Shown: piece by piece, positions 21,987 through 34,500 of the stretch
Layout of the letters: every line of letters starts with the position of its first letter
Numbering within the stretch: position 1 is the first letter of the stretch
Source: Somniosus microcephalus
Lineage: Eukaryota
NCBI GenBank assembly: GCA_052327205.1
Contig: CM126210.1
Coordinates: forward strand, 139,934,001 to 139,998,000
Direction of reading: 5' to 3'
Length of the DNA: 64,000 nucleotides
Notes under the pieces: generated by a model
What the model saw: the letters and a program-made list of their open reading frames with translations, nothing else
Databases searched by the model: none
Told to the model about the DNA's origin: nothing
Made by a program: the position numbers and the translations under genes

Positions 21987-24900
21987 ATGGACCAACTCTT
22001 GAAACCCGAACGTTTGGATTTGGACCCGCATGCTTCGGACGCATCGGCACGATTCGGACACTGGTTTAAGTGTATGGAATTCTTCCTGGACAATTCCGCA
22101 GCCATCACAGGCGCTGTGGACGCTGAAAGTATGAAACTCGGAATCCTGCGGAATTGGGTAAGCCACCGGGTTTACCCCCTCATCCAAGATGCCGACACGT
22201 ACCCGGCCGCCTGCGACATCCTAAAGGCGCATTACCAGCAGCCTACGAACGAGGTGTACGCCAGGCATCTGCTCGCTACTTGCGCACAGCGACCTGGGGA
22301 ATCGCTGGATGAGTTCCTAGTCACCCTGAAAACGCTTGGCAAAGACTGCAAGTGCCAAGATGTAAAAGCCACAGTGTACACTGACGAGCTTGTTCGGGAT
22401 GCCTTTATCACAGGCCTCAGCTCCACTTACATCTGGCAGAGACTACTAGAAAAACGGGATTGGACCTGAAACAGGCTGTGGACACAGCACGATCCCTGGA
22501 TGTGGCCCAGAGAAACTCGGACGCCTACTCTTCAGCCCGCGCCGCCCACGCCGCCACGTGTGCACCAAGGGCGCCGCCATCTTGGAAGGCATCTTCCCCG
22601 CCCGGCATCCCGACACCGTCGGGGCCCCGCTCTCCCCCCAGAAACCCTACGACAGCCGTGACGCGTCGGGGCCCCAACTGCTACTTCTGCGGGCAGCCGA
22701 AGCACATCAGAAACCTGTGCCCGGCGAAAGGCACCACCTGCTTTAAGTGCGGTAAGAAGGGGCACTTCGGGAAGGTGTGCAGAGGGAACCCCGCTGGAAA
22801 ACCCGCCACCGTCGCATGTGCGCCGTGGGAGCGGCCATCTTGGACGCCATCTTGCCCGACCTCATGGGGTCCGCCATCTTGTGAGCAGACAGCGTGGACG
22901 CCATCTTGTCTCGATCAGGGCCCTACAGTGGCATCGGTCACAGTGGACCAGACCAGACCGCACCCGCTATCCAAATCAATGGTGGACATCGAGGTAAACG
23001 GGTGCGGGGTTAAATGTTTATTTGACAATGGAAGCATGGAGAGTTTTATCCACCCGGAACTGGCACAACAACTCTCTCTAACGGTGATCCCTGCTCAGGG
23101 CACCATCTCTATGGCTGATAAAACCCAGACATCGACCGTTATGGGTTACTGCGCGGTACAATTGTCCGTTAACGGAACTGTATACGATAATTTTAAATTA
23201 CTAATCATGAAGAATCTATGTGCGAGCGTGATCTTGGGCCTGGATTTCCAGTGCCACCACCAAAGCATCACGCTCAAGTACGGTGGGTCCCAGCCGCCCC
23301 TCACAGTGTGCGGTCTGGCTACCCTGAAGGTAAAGCTGCCTTCGCTATTCGCGAACCTTACTCCCAACTGCCGGCCAATAGCGACCAAAAGCAGGAGGTA
23401 CAGCTGGGAGGACAGGCGGTTTATCGCGACCGAGGGAGACAGGCTCCTGAAGGAGCGCATTATCGAACGCAGCAACAGCCCGTGGCGCGCCCAAGTGGTG
23501 GCGGTGAGGGGTAGCGAGAAGAAGCGGATGGTGATAGATTATAGCCAGACGGTTAATCTATACACCCAGCTAGACGCCTACCCGCTACCCCGCATATCCG
23601 AGATGGTGAACCAAATCACCCAATACCGGGTGTTCTCCACCATCGACCTCAAGTCAGCGTACCACCAGTGATGTGCCTCAATAATTCCGAGACTCGAAGT
23701 TAGCAGAACAAAACAAGGCTTTTATTAACTTAGAACGTAACACGTAAGAGAGAGAGATGTCTTCCTTCTGGAGACTGAGGCCAGACTGAGTTAGCTTACA
23801 AACGGGGCCAGGTATGGGCGGAGCCCTACACACAGCACATTCCAGTATACAATACAGCACATTCCAGTACACAATACAATGAGGTCTGGGGGAAGGGAAA
23901 TGACACTGAAACCGATCTCAGTCACAGGCAGTGATGAATGGAAATATTTCATCACAACCAGCTCCCTATCAGACCAGAGGACCGCCCGTACACCGCCTTT
24001 GAGGCGAATGGACGCCTCTACCAATTCCTCAGAGTCCCCTTTGGGGTGACGAATGGGGTCTCGGTCTTCCAGAGGGAGATGGACCGCATGGTCGATGACC
24101 ACCACTTGCAGGCAACCTTCCCCTACCTCGACAACGTCACCATCTGCGGTCACAACCAGCAGGATCACGACTCGAACCTCGAGAGGTTCCTGAAAACCGC
24201 ACAAAAACTCAACCTCACTTACAACGAGGACAAGTGCGTTTTCAACACCACGCGCTTCTGCATACTAGGCAGCGTGGTGGAGAATGGGGAAATCGGACCA
24301 GACCCCGACCGATTGCGCCCCCTACTGGAGCTGCCCCTGCCCAACACCCCCAAAGCCCTGAAAAGGTGCCTGGGGTTATTTTCTTATTATGCCCAATGGG
24401 TCCCCAACTACTCCGACAAAGCCCGCCCCCTCTTGAAAACATCCTCTTTTCCGCTCTCTGCTGAGGCCCACGCCGCCTTCAAAAGCATTAAGCGGGATAT
24501 TGAGCGGGCCACGCTACAGGCAGTGGACGAGAACACTCCCTTTCAAGTGGAAAGTGATGCGTCTGACTTTGCCTTGGCGGCCACCCTCAACCAGGCGGGG
24601 CGGCCCGTAGCTTTCTTCTTGAGGACCCTCCAAGGGCCCGAGATCAGACACTCCTCCGTGGAAAAGGAGGCCCAAGCCATCGTGGAGGCAGTGCGCCACT
24701 GGCGGCACGACCTAGCCGGCAAACGCTTCACCCTACTTACCGACCAGCGGTCGGTAGCGTTTATGTTCAATAATAAACAGAGGGGGAAGATTAAAAATGA
24801 TAAGATTCTTAGGTGGCGGATCGAGCTCTCCACCTTCGATTATGACATCATTTACCGGCCAGGGGCCCTTAACGAATCCCCTGACGCCCTCTCACGAGGG

Positions 24901-26026
24901 ATGTGTGCCAGCGCCACTGGGGATCGGCTACAGACCCTCCACAATGACCTCTGCCACCCCGGGGTCACACGGCTGTTCCACTTCATAAAGTCCCGCAACT
25001 TACCCTACTCGATTGAGGAAGTTCGGTCTCTGACCAGGAACTGCCGCACTTGCGCTGAGTGCAAGCCTTGGTTCTACCGCCCAGATAGAGCGCACTTAAT
25101 CAAAGCTACACGGGCCTTTGAGCGGCTCAGCTTAGATTTCAAGGGCCCCCTCCCGTCAGTCGACCGCAATGTTTACTTCCTGAACATTGTGGACGAATAC
25201 TCCCGTTTCCCATTCGCCTTCCCCTGCCCAGACATGACCAGCGCCACGGTCATTAAATGCCTCAACAGCCTGTTCTGCCTGTTCGGTATGCCAAGCTACA
25301 TCCATACGGATAGGGGGGCGTCCTTCATGAGTGAAGAGCTACGCCAGTACATGCTGTCCAGGGGGATCGCCACGAGCCGTACCACCAGCTACAACCCCCG
25401 GGGTAACGGTCAAGTGGAGCGAGTGAACGGGACAGTATGGAAAGCAGTCACTCTAGCTCTAAGGACCAAGGGCCTCCCTATCTCCCGCTGGCAGGAAGTC
25501 CTCCCAGATGTGCTCCATTCGATACGGTCGCTATTGTGTACTGCCACTAATGCCACGCCTCATGAACGAATGTTTGTCTTTCCCCGGAAATCCACCTCAG
25601 GTGTATCCATGCCGTCATGGCTCTCCACCCCAGGTCTGGTATTTGTACGAAGGCATGTGAGGGGCCACAAGACGGACCCTCTCGTGGAGTCAGTGCACCT
25701 ACTCCACGCCAACCCCCAATACGCGTATGTCCGGCACGCCGACGGAAGGGAGGACACCGTGTCCATAAAAGACGTCGCCCCAGCCGGCAACGACAACAAC
25801 CACGACAACAACAGCAACAACGATCACAGCAACTCTTACCCACCCACTACTCTTTCATCACCCCCGGAAGAACACCGACCAACGGTGCCCCCACCAACTA
25901 CCCCTTCAACAACCCTGGCGGCGCCCCCGGCAGAGACCCAGGAGGCCACCGGGGACACCCGCGGCACCACAACAGCTACGTCGGTCACAGAGGACTACCA
26001 AACCCCCGAACAGACTAAATCTGTAG
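21987..26026 (+). pseudogene. Gypsy B gag-pol (gag with 2 CCHC knuckles, PR, RT, RNase H, IN), frameshifted and disrupted by a solo LTR
   Basis: ATG at 21987 (MDQLLKPERLDLDP); frameshift near 22460; motifs CYFCG, CFKCGKKGH, LFDNGS, YLDN, ESDAS, HTDRG. The likely true C-terminus LRRSQRTTKPPNRLNL* (stop 26024-26026) lies in another frame. Confidence 0.9.
23669..23956 (-). mobile_element. Solo LTR of a subfamily related to Gypsy B, inverted within the RT of B
   Basis: Reverse complement starts tgtgatgaaat and ends gaggcacatca, like the B LTRs. TSD ACCAG (23664-23668, 23957-23961). Removing it restores SAYHQ|LPIRPED. Confidence 0.93.
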
Positions 26027-27199
26027 AAGGGGCGAATGTGATGAAATACGCCATTCATCAGGCACTGTATTCTCTGTGTTTAGTTTAGTTTCAGTTTCAT
26101 TTCCTTACCTGTATTGTATTGTGTGTAGGGCTCTGCCCATACCTGGCCCCTACTTAAGCAGGCCCAGCGTGTCTCACATCCAGTACAGCAGATCTCTGGA
26201 TGAGAGACACTTCTCCAATGTGTATTACTTTCTGAGTTAATAAAAGCCTTGCTTTGCTCCGTTAACGTTGAGTCTCGGATTCATTGAGGCACATCAACTG
26301 GCTTTGATGTGGGCTAAGACCAATCTCTCGAAACACTTCATTATGATGGGTGAGTGCGCGACAGGTCGATAGTCGTTCAGGCACGTCACAGCCGTTTGTT
26401 TTGGCACAGGAATAATGGTAGCGGTCTTGAAGCATGTAGTGACTACTGCCTGGGCCAATGACAGATTGAAGATGGCGGTGAAGACATCAGCCAGGTGATC
26501 AGCACATTCCTTGAGTACCCGTCCACGGATGCTATCCGGTCCAGCAGCCTTTCGTGTGTTCACTCCGCGTAGAACACCCCTTACGTCGGAGGTCGACAGA
26601 GTGAGCACCTGGTCTTCCGGGGGTGGCAAGGCTTTGGTAGCCGGCTCCCTGTTGTCCCTGTCGAAGCGAGCGTAGAAGTTGTTAAGCTCCTCCGGAAGGG
26701 AGGCATCGCTAGCCGGGGGGCTGGTGTTTTTGCCCTTGTAGTCAGTGATGGACTGGATGCCTTGCCACATGCGCCGGGGGTCCGAGTTGTTGCGGAAGTG
26801 ATCCTCTATCCGCAGTGTCTGTTTCCTTTTGGCAGACCTGATACCCTTTTTTAGGTTGGTCCTAGCTGCACTGTAAGCTGCCGCATCGCCAGATTTAAAT
26901 GCTGCGTCGCTATACTGAGAACTGATCAGTATAGATGAATCTTTCATGTAGTGTGCAAATGCTGATGAAAAGACACTGATTTGCATTACATGGTTCAGTG
27001 CTGACATTTGGTACACACAGTTTTTGTTTCAGTCTACTAAGTACATATTTGAAGAATTGTAATACAATTTTGCATTTGATCTGTTATTCTTGCTTATATG
27101 ATGTTGCTGCCGCATGGTGCGGAGTGATACAAGATGTCTGACCTTGCACTGTGCACTGCCTTCACAGTGTGCCACATAGCAATATAAATACACTAACCA

Positions 27200-27560
27200 A
27201 AGTAGTTCCATATAACGATGTAATAATATAACGATGTAACATCCCTCTTTCTCAAAAAACGAAAACATGAAATTTAATTTAATTTAAAAATATTATATCT
27301 AAACTATTATCAAATACAAAGAAACTAAAACATGAAATTTAATTTAATTAAAAAATATTATATCTAAACTATTATTATCAAATACAAAGAATCGTGAGTT
27401 TTCTTTTCTTATTCGCGATATCGCTCAGGTGGTTGGATGTTGTCCCTCCATCTTGTGGATTTGGTGGTGACCACTCCTCTCTGTGGTGTTTTGGTGTGTT
27501 CCGCTCTTGTTGTTGTTGCTGTCGCACTTGGAGTTTGGAGTAAACCTCAGAATTTATATG
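27200..27560 (-). mobile_element. Degenerate Gypsy 3' end (pol C-terminus, PPT, LTR start)
   Basis: Minus strand reads ..TRWRDNIQPPERYRE*, then an AT-rich UTR, then a purine tract gagaaagaggga followed by TGT. Confidence 0.45.
27262..27391. repeat. ~65-bp AT-rich tandem duplication
   Basis: aaaacatgaaatttaatttaatt..aaatattatatctaaactattat..caaatacaaagaa occurs twice. Confidence 0.85.
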
Positions 27561-28469
27561 CAAAAGAAATGTAGGTATGGAAGCTTAGATTCTTTCACTG
27601 ACTATAAATTTCAATTCAGTAGGTAAAGATCTAAAACTACAACTGAATTATTTAAGATAGATTTCAAGTGTGTGTTATTATGAAATGTATCTTACACTTC
27701 TGAAAGGGAACTTACATGTTGGCCAAAACAAGTTGGATTTATAAAACAAAGCCCATGTGCTTTGTTTGATCCATTTCTGATTGGTCGTAAGCACAACTAA
27801 AGTTAGCCAATATAAGAGCAGTTCTTTACTACAGTGAGAAGCCTTTATATATTTATAGATGGTTGAGAAAAAAGCTTAAAACCTTAAAATTCTGGGTTTG
27901 TGAATCTCTTTAAAGTATATTTTTGGCCTTTTGGCTCCCAAAGCTCATCACCACTGGGATTTTTTTGTGTGTGTGTGATCTATGGGTCTGTTGTAGGCTA
28001 ATTCATAGAGATTGATTGCTATGATTAGCAAACAACTGCATTATTGCAGTATCAGGAATACCAGAATGGTAGAAGGCGAACTAGATGGACCTTGGTCTTT
28101 TTTGCATCTAGCAATTCCTATGTAAGTATATTGTAAAGGACTAAATGATAGTTTTTTTTCCTTTTTGTTGTTTTCTTGTGTTTAGAGGAGGAAATACATC
28201 TGTGAAGCTGAAAACTGTAGTATGCATTAGACTGATAAGTTATTGGAAAAGTTTTTTTCAGTAAAGGGATGAACCTGATTCTTATAAACTTAGAAAATGA
28301 CTTTGTAACTGACCAGTAATATAAAAATATGTTATCCTGTTCTGTTGGCAAATCCTTTGAATTTATTGATTGAGAGTAGAGGGAGCCTACACTTAGAGTT
28401 ATATGTTCCTCCTTTTGCAAGTAAAGGGAACAAAATAGCTCCTATTGAACATAAGGCTGGGTATAATGC

Positions 28470-29052
28470 GGCAAGTGTCTCACCTCCTGACTCCCCAAAA
28501 CCTTTCCACAATCCACAAGGCACAAGTAAGGAGTGTGATGGAATACTCTCTCCACTTGCCTGGATGAGTGCAGCTCCAACAACAGTCAAGAAGCTTGACA
28601 CCATCCAGGACAAAGTAGCCCAGTTGATTGGTACCCGATCCACCACCTTAAACATTCACTCCCTCCACCACCGGCGTACCATGGCTGCAGTGTGTACCAT
28701 CTACAAGATGCACTGCAGCAACTCGCCAAGGCTTCTTCGGCAGCACCTCCCAAACCCGCGACCTCTTCCACCTAGAAGTACAAGGGCAACAGGTGCATGG
28801 GAACACCACCACCTCCAAGTGCCCCTTCAAGTCACACACCATCCTGACTTGGAAATATATTGCCGTTCCTTCATCGTTGCTGGGTCAAAATCCTGGAACT
28901 CTCTACCCTACAGCACTGTGGGAGTATCTTCACCATATGGACTGCAGCAGTTCAAGAAGGCGGCTCACCACCACCTTATCAAGGGCAATTAGGGATGGGC
29001 AATAAATGCTGGCCTTGCCAGCGATGCCCACATCCCATAAATGAATAAAAAA
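28470..29052 (+). mobile_element. CR1/L2-group LINE 3' fragment
   Basis: Encodes SPLAWMSAAPTT.KKLDTIQDKV..SLHHRR..GSKSWNSLP, followed by an A-rich tail. Confidence 0.82.
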
Positions 29053-29244
29053 CCCAACTTTTTAGCAAAATTATCAAAGGAGAAGAATTTCAACATCAAA
29101 GTATTAATTGTTGTTTTCATCAATTTTAGCAGATCCAAATCAAAATGGCAAGCGTGCACAATTTATCGTAAATGCAAAATGCATGCCGTGCATATTTGAT
29201 AGTCTGCATCTTTTTACATTCAGAAAAGGAAAATCATAATGTTC

Positions 29245-29620
29245 ACACCCCACTGCAGCGACTTGAACACATGATCTAGACTGACACAGTGCAATACTGA
29301 GGGAGTGCTGTACTTTCGGAAGTGCCGTCTTTCAGAGGAGACATCACACTAAGGCCCTGTTTGCCCCCTCAGGTGGATGTAAAAGATCCCATGACACTAT
29401 TCGAAGAAGAGCAGGGTGGTCTTCCCAGTGTCCTGGCCAACATCCCTCAAGCAAGATCATTAAAATAATTCATCTGGTCATTTACCTCATTGCTCATTGT
29501 GAGGCCTTGCTTTGTGCAAATTGTAATGGTGGCTACATTTCAAAAAGCACTTCATTGGCCATAAAGCACTGGGATGATCTGAAGCCGTGAAAGGCACTAT
29601 GTAAATTCAATTTCTTTCTG
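29245..29620 (+). mobile_element. Deu-domain SINE (SacSINE1-like), 5'-degenerate
   Basis: gatgtaaaagatcccatg..tcgaagaagagcaggg..gtcctggccaaca core with a gtgaaaggcactatgtaaat tail; homologous to 16770-17228. Confidence 0.7.
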
Positions 29621-30019
29621 ACAAAATGCTGATGTCAGCCAAGGCTGAATACCAAGCCTGGTTTGCTCCTCCATGCTGAAATACAATTAGGGGGTTAAAC
29701 GTTCCACAACGCTGCTCTTTGGGAGCATATTCTAAAATAATGTATTCCCAGCCTGCAAGTTTCCACCATTAACTTTAATCAGCAGGAAATCATGAATTGG
29801 GACTGCACTGGAATTTTTACACTCGGATTGTCACTTCTCTCAATTTTAAAACTTTTCCAACAGCCATTTAATCTCCAATAGAAAGGAATGTTTTTATCAA
29901 TGGTGTGCTCCATGAGAGTCTGTCTGGGTTGAGTTAAGCAATAATAACGGATTTGCTATCATATTGGAAGTAATTATAGACCCATTTTGTTACCAAATTT
30001 GGGAGTAATTAAAGACCAC

Positions 30020-30495
30020 TGAATAGTGGGAAAGAATTCAAGGATTAGATTTGTAGGCAATCGTATTGCAATAGAGGTTTTCAATAGTATGAATTGTGGA
30101 GGACTTTAATTATCCTAAGGCAGACTGGGACAAGATAAAAGTATGTGGTCAAAATGGGGAGGGGTTCTTTGCATCTGGGGCTGATTCCTTAATCAGTATG
30201 TTGTTGGATCTGCATAATAAAATAGATCAAATAATGGAGCTGAAGGTAGGAGAACATTTGGGGAAATAATGACTGTAACATAATTAAAATAAAAGGGAAA
30301 AATAAAATAAAATCAAGGATAAAGATGTTGGACTGGAAATTAGCTAAATTCAGTGGGATGATAGGGGACCAAGGCCCGATTCATTGGTTAGATTCATAGT
30401 AAATGAAACAGCAGTGGGAGATATTACACAATTGATGAGGTACAGGTCAAATACATTCTGTTAGGAGTAAAGGCAACTGCAAAATAATCTGGGTA
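30020..30495 (+). mobile_element. Old degenerate CR1 endonuclease-region fragment
   Basis: ggactttaattatcct..gactgg (DFNYP..DW) and gtaggagaacatttggg..aatgac (VGEHLG.D) remnants. Confidence 0.55.
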
Positions 30496-30821
30496 CAGGA
30501 AACTCCTTTTTTATCCAGCACCGATGGGACCGGCGTGGTGCCGGTTGATCAAAAAGTCCGGATTACAGAGAGGTATACTTACCAACGTACAAGAGCCCCA
30601 TACACGGCCACAGGTGCATGAGCCCCGGTTACACGGCCACAGGTGCATGAGCCCCGGTTACACGGCCACAGGTGCAGGAACCCCGGTTACATGGCCACAG
30701 ATACAGGAACCCCAGTTACATGGCCACAAATATATAGTAAAACTTACCTGAACCTACTCCTGAATTTTGCCGGTTAGGAGATTTCCGGATATTTAGGTGC
30801 TGGTAAAAAGAGAGTTTCCTG
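30496..30821. mobile_element. Tc1/pogo (Tigger-like) MITE with internal 29-bp minisatellite
   Basis: TIRs caggaaactc..ttt..ccagcacc / ggtgctgg..aaa..gagtttcctg with TA on both sides. Confidence 0.8.
30593..30729. repeat. 29-bp tandem repeat, about 4.7 copies
   Basis: Unit tacacggccacaggtgcatgagccccggt, with stepwise divergence along the array. Confidence 0.9.
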
Positions 30822-30846
30822 TATCATGGATAAATATGGCATTAAA

Positions 30847-31460
30847 CATAGAAACATAGAAGATAGGAGCAGGAGTAGGCCATTCGGCCCCTCGAGCCTG
30901 CTCCGCCATTCAATGAAATCATGGCTGATCAACCAAACTCAGTACCCTGTCCCTGCCTTCTCCCCATATCCTTTGATCCCTTTAGCCTTAAGAAATATAT
31001 CTAACTCCTTCTTGAATATATTTAATGAATTGGCCTCTACTGCCTTCTGTGGTAGAGAATGCACTACCTGAAAGGGTGGTGGAAGCAGATTCAATAACTT
31101 TCAAAAGGGAATTGAATAACATAGAAACATAGAAAATAGGAGCAGGAGTAGGCCATTCGGCCCCTCGAGCCTACTCCGCCATTCAATGAGATCATGGCTG
31201 ATCATCCAAACAGTACCCTGTCCCTGCCTTCTCTCCATATCCCTTGATCGCCCTAGCCTTAAGAAATATATCCAACTCCTTCTTGAATATATTTAATGAA
31301 TTGGCCTCCACTGCCTTCTTTGGTAGAGAATTCCACAGGTTCACCACTCTCTGGGTGAAGAAATTCCTCCTCATTTCTGTCCTAAATGGCTTACCCCTTA
31401 TCCTTAGACTGTGACCCCTGGTTCTGGACTCCCCGACCATCGGGAACATCCTTCCAGCAT
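30847..31460 (-). mobile_element. Two tandem CR1 3' fragments (30847-31060, 31118-31460) separated by a short + strand CR1 piece
   Basis: Both begin on + with acatagaaacatagaa..ggagcaggagtaggccattcggcccctcgagcc; ORF 31192-31500 contains RRNFFTQRVVNLWNSLP. Confidence 0.85.
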
Positions 31461-31540
31461 TGGAATACATTGGGTAGGAAAGAACCAGCTGGTCCATCAA
31501 GCCTGTCCCATACTTTCATGATGCAATATATGCACACCAT

Positions 31541-34500
31541 GGCCGTGAATTTAATGGAGGAGGTGGGATGGTGGCGGGAGAGGTGGTATCCTGGCGCCGG
31601 TCCCTCTCCCAGCTGCAACCGCTCTGTAAACATGATTTTCCCCTGATTGGCCTTGTTAAGCCTGCCCTGCGGGATTCCCAGCCAATTAACAGGAAGCGGG
31701 TCTGATGACATCATTTGATGACACGTCATCAGCCGGTTTCCTTAAAGGGACCACGTCCACATGGAGTTTGACAGTTGCTCTGTCAGTGTTTGACAGCATT
31801 GAGGTGCTGCAAGCACTGACAATCACTGCACAAAGATGGACACTTGCACTCAGGCTCTCCAATGACTCTCTCCATATGCTTATGGAGGGAGTCACAGCAT
31901 GCAGGGAGGTTCTCTTCCCTTCCCAGGACGGAAGAGACCCCCCCAAGACACCAACACAGCCTGGTTGCACATTGCACAGGAGGGCAAAAGCAAGGATGTC
32001 GTCAGGGGTCCCTGGCTGCAGTGGCGCCAACCTTTCAATGATCTCAGTGGATCACGAAATGTTACTGCAAAGCCACACTCAAACTCACCCTGCTGTACCA
32101 CACAACACATCTCTATCACTCTGCCTTCCCTACCCTTCTCCTGCACATCCTTACACCAACTTACCTTGCAACTCCACCCAACCCTCTCTATCTACTTTAT
32201 CACTTCCCTATCTCACTAGCCACCCCGCACATTCACCCTCATGCTACTGCAAGCATACCAACTAACAACACACAAGGGTAGGCACTTGAAAGGTTTAGCC
32301 AATGTCCATGTGAAGTTTCTGGTATAACAACAGAAAATGCTGGAAAAACTCAGCAGGCCAGGCAACATCCATGGAGAGAAAATAGAGTCAACCTTTTGGG
32401 TGAAATCCCTTTATCAAGACTAAAGAAGCACAGGAAATAAAATAGATTAAGAGGCCAGGCTGGGAGAGAACAAAAGAGAAGAAGAGACATTAAGAGGTAT
32501 TCAAAATGAGACAAGATGGTGATAGGACTAGTGGAGACAAAAGACAGCTCTAGATTAGGTATGAAATGCGCTGGCAGAATGGGAGACAGCTGCCATGTGG
32601 GAGAGAGAAAAAAATGAAAGAAGGGGGGGGGGGTGGGGGGAAAGGGCCAAAACAAAGGTGTGGATAAAAAATATAAGTAAAAATGTAATAGGGGCCAAGG
32701 TTATGATCTGAAATTTTTGAACTCGATATTGAGTCAGCAAGGCTGTAAAGTGCCTAATCGGAAGATGAGGTGCTGTTCCTCGAGTTTATGGTGAGCTTCC
32801 ATGTAACAATGCAAAAGGCCGAGGACGGTGAGGTCCGAGTGGGAATGGGGTGGTGAATTGAAATGACAGGCGACCGGAAGCTCGGGGTCACCCTTACAGA
32901 CTGAACGGAGGTGTTCCGCAAAGCGGTCACCCAATCTGCGTTTGGTCTCCCCAATGTAGAGGAGACCATATCGTGAGCAGCGAATACAGTATACTAGATT
33001 GCAAGAAGTACAAGTAAATCGCTGTTTCACCTGGAAGGGGTGTTTGGGGCTCTGGACAGTGGGAAGGGGGAGTTATAAGGGCAGGTGTTACATCTCCTGC
33101 GCTTGCATGGGAAGGTGCCAGGCAAAGGGGAGGGGGTGCTGGGGGGGATAGAGGAGTGGACTAGGGTGTCTCGGAGGGAGCGGTTCCTACAGAATGCTGA
33201 AAGGGGAGGGGAGGGGAAGATGCGTTTGGTGGTGGGATCACTTTGGAGGTGGCGGAAATGGCGGAGGATGATCCGTTGAATGTGAAGGCTGGTGGGGTGA
33301 AAGGTGAGGACAAGGGGAACCCTATCGTGGTTCCGGGAGGGAGGGGCAGGGGTGAGGGCAGAAGTGCGGGCGATAGAACGAACACGGTCGAGGGCCGTGT
33401 CAACCACGGTAGAGGGGAATCCTCGGTTGAGGAAAAAGGAAGACATGTCGGAAGCACTGGTGAGGAAGGTGGCATCGTCGGAGCAGATGCGGCGGAGACG
33501 GAGAAACTGGGAGAATGGAATAGAGTCCTTACAGGAGGCAGGGTGGGAGGAAGTGTAGTCCAGGTAGCTGTGGGAGTCAGTGGGCTTGTAGTGAATGTTG
33601 GTCAATAACCTATCCCCAGAGATGGAGACGGAGAAGTCGAGGAAGGGAAGGGAAGAGTCAGAGATGGACCATGTGAAGGTGAGGGAAGGGTGGAAATTGA
33701 AGGCAAAGTGAATGAAATTGTCTAGTTCAGGACGAGAGCAGGAAATGGCACTGATACAGTCATCAATGTATCGGAAAAAGAGGTGAGGGAGGGGACCCGA
33801 GTAGGACTGGAACAAAGAGTGTTCCACATATCCCACGAAAAGGCAAGCATAGCTAGGACCCATGCGGGTACCCATAGCAACACCTTTGATTTGGAGGAAA
33901 TGAGGAAGTTTCTGGTAATGTGTTGTCATACAGTGAAATCTATTTTTCCAGCACTGCCCCTTATTGGACAGATAGACCTGTGCACACCTTGAGAAGTGTC
34001 TTATTGAGTTCCAGTGAATGTTGAGACATAACTTGCCCATCCCCCCTCCCCCGCTATAGTGATGTGTGTGCATAGAATGGCTTGGACATTAAAGGGATGC
34101 TTCACAGTGCTGGTGTTGGATGGTGTCAACCTGACGCATCTTGTGGCAGCCAGGGTTTACAGCATCAAGGGAAGAAAATCTGGCCATGCTGATGCCATCG
34201 CTGGCCTCCCGGGCAGCAATTTTGTCAGGGGCTGATGCCCTGTGTTCAGTGCAGCATCAGATGATGGCGGAGAAGGTTGGTGATGTTGGTGTTTGGGCTG
34301 ATCATGGAAGGATTCGGAGGACCAAGGTCTGATTGTTTCATTGGCTCCGATGTTGCTGCAATAGATGGCAGCTGCAGGTGAGATGACAGAAGCGATCTGT
34401 CAATGGTGAGAGAGGTTCTCCCAATGAGGTAGCACTGGACATACAGTTGGATCTAAAAACTTGTAATCTAAAGAAATCTCTGTGTATAAAAAATGCAGTA

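Larger units (their letters stand above)
21701..26296 (+). mobile_element. Gypsy/Ty3 LTR retrotransposon B, full length, lacking a tRNA PBS
   Basis: 260-bp LTRs at 21701-21960 and 26037-26296 (I count 3 mismatches). TSD ACTGG (21696-21700, 26297-26301). PPT agaaggggcgaa at 26025-26036. Confidence 0.95.
20422..26912 (-). mobile_element. Rex1/Babar LINE (RT region to 3' tail), interrupted by Gypsy B
   Basis: Minus-strand ORFs 26294-27016, 21324-21722 and 20609-21397 ([15 protein letters not shown]). LAHIKAS|VPASLD is continuous across the insertion. (tttga)n tail at 20422-20441. Confidence 0.92.

Noticed and set aside
25970-26088. Gypsy B pol extending into the 3' LTR or encoding an extra domain
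   Set aside because: The typical RRS.R..KPP.RLNL* terminus is present in another frame and ends at the PPT, so the extension comes from a frameshift.
28345-28992. Novel 215-aa host protein
   Set aside because: Chance fusion of flanking sequence to a LINE ORF2 3' fragment repeated elsewhere in the window.
30593-30729. CRISPR-like array
   Set aside because: The units are contiguous with no unique spacers, there are no cas genes, and the context is a eukaryotic MITE.
33027-34073. 348-aa ORF as a Harbinger-Penelope fusion gene
   Set aside because: The N-terminal part is read-through across the insertion junction at 33904, and the Penelope frame is broken before the GIY-YIG domain.
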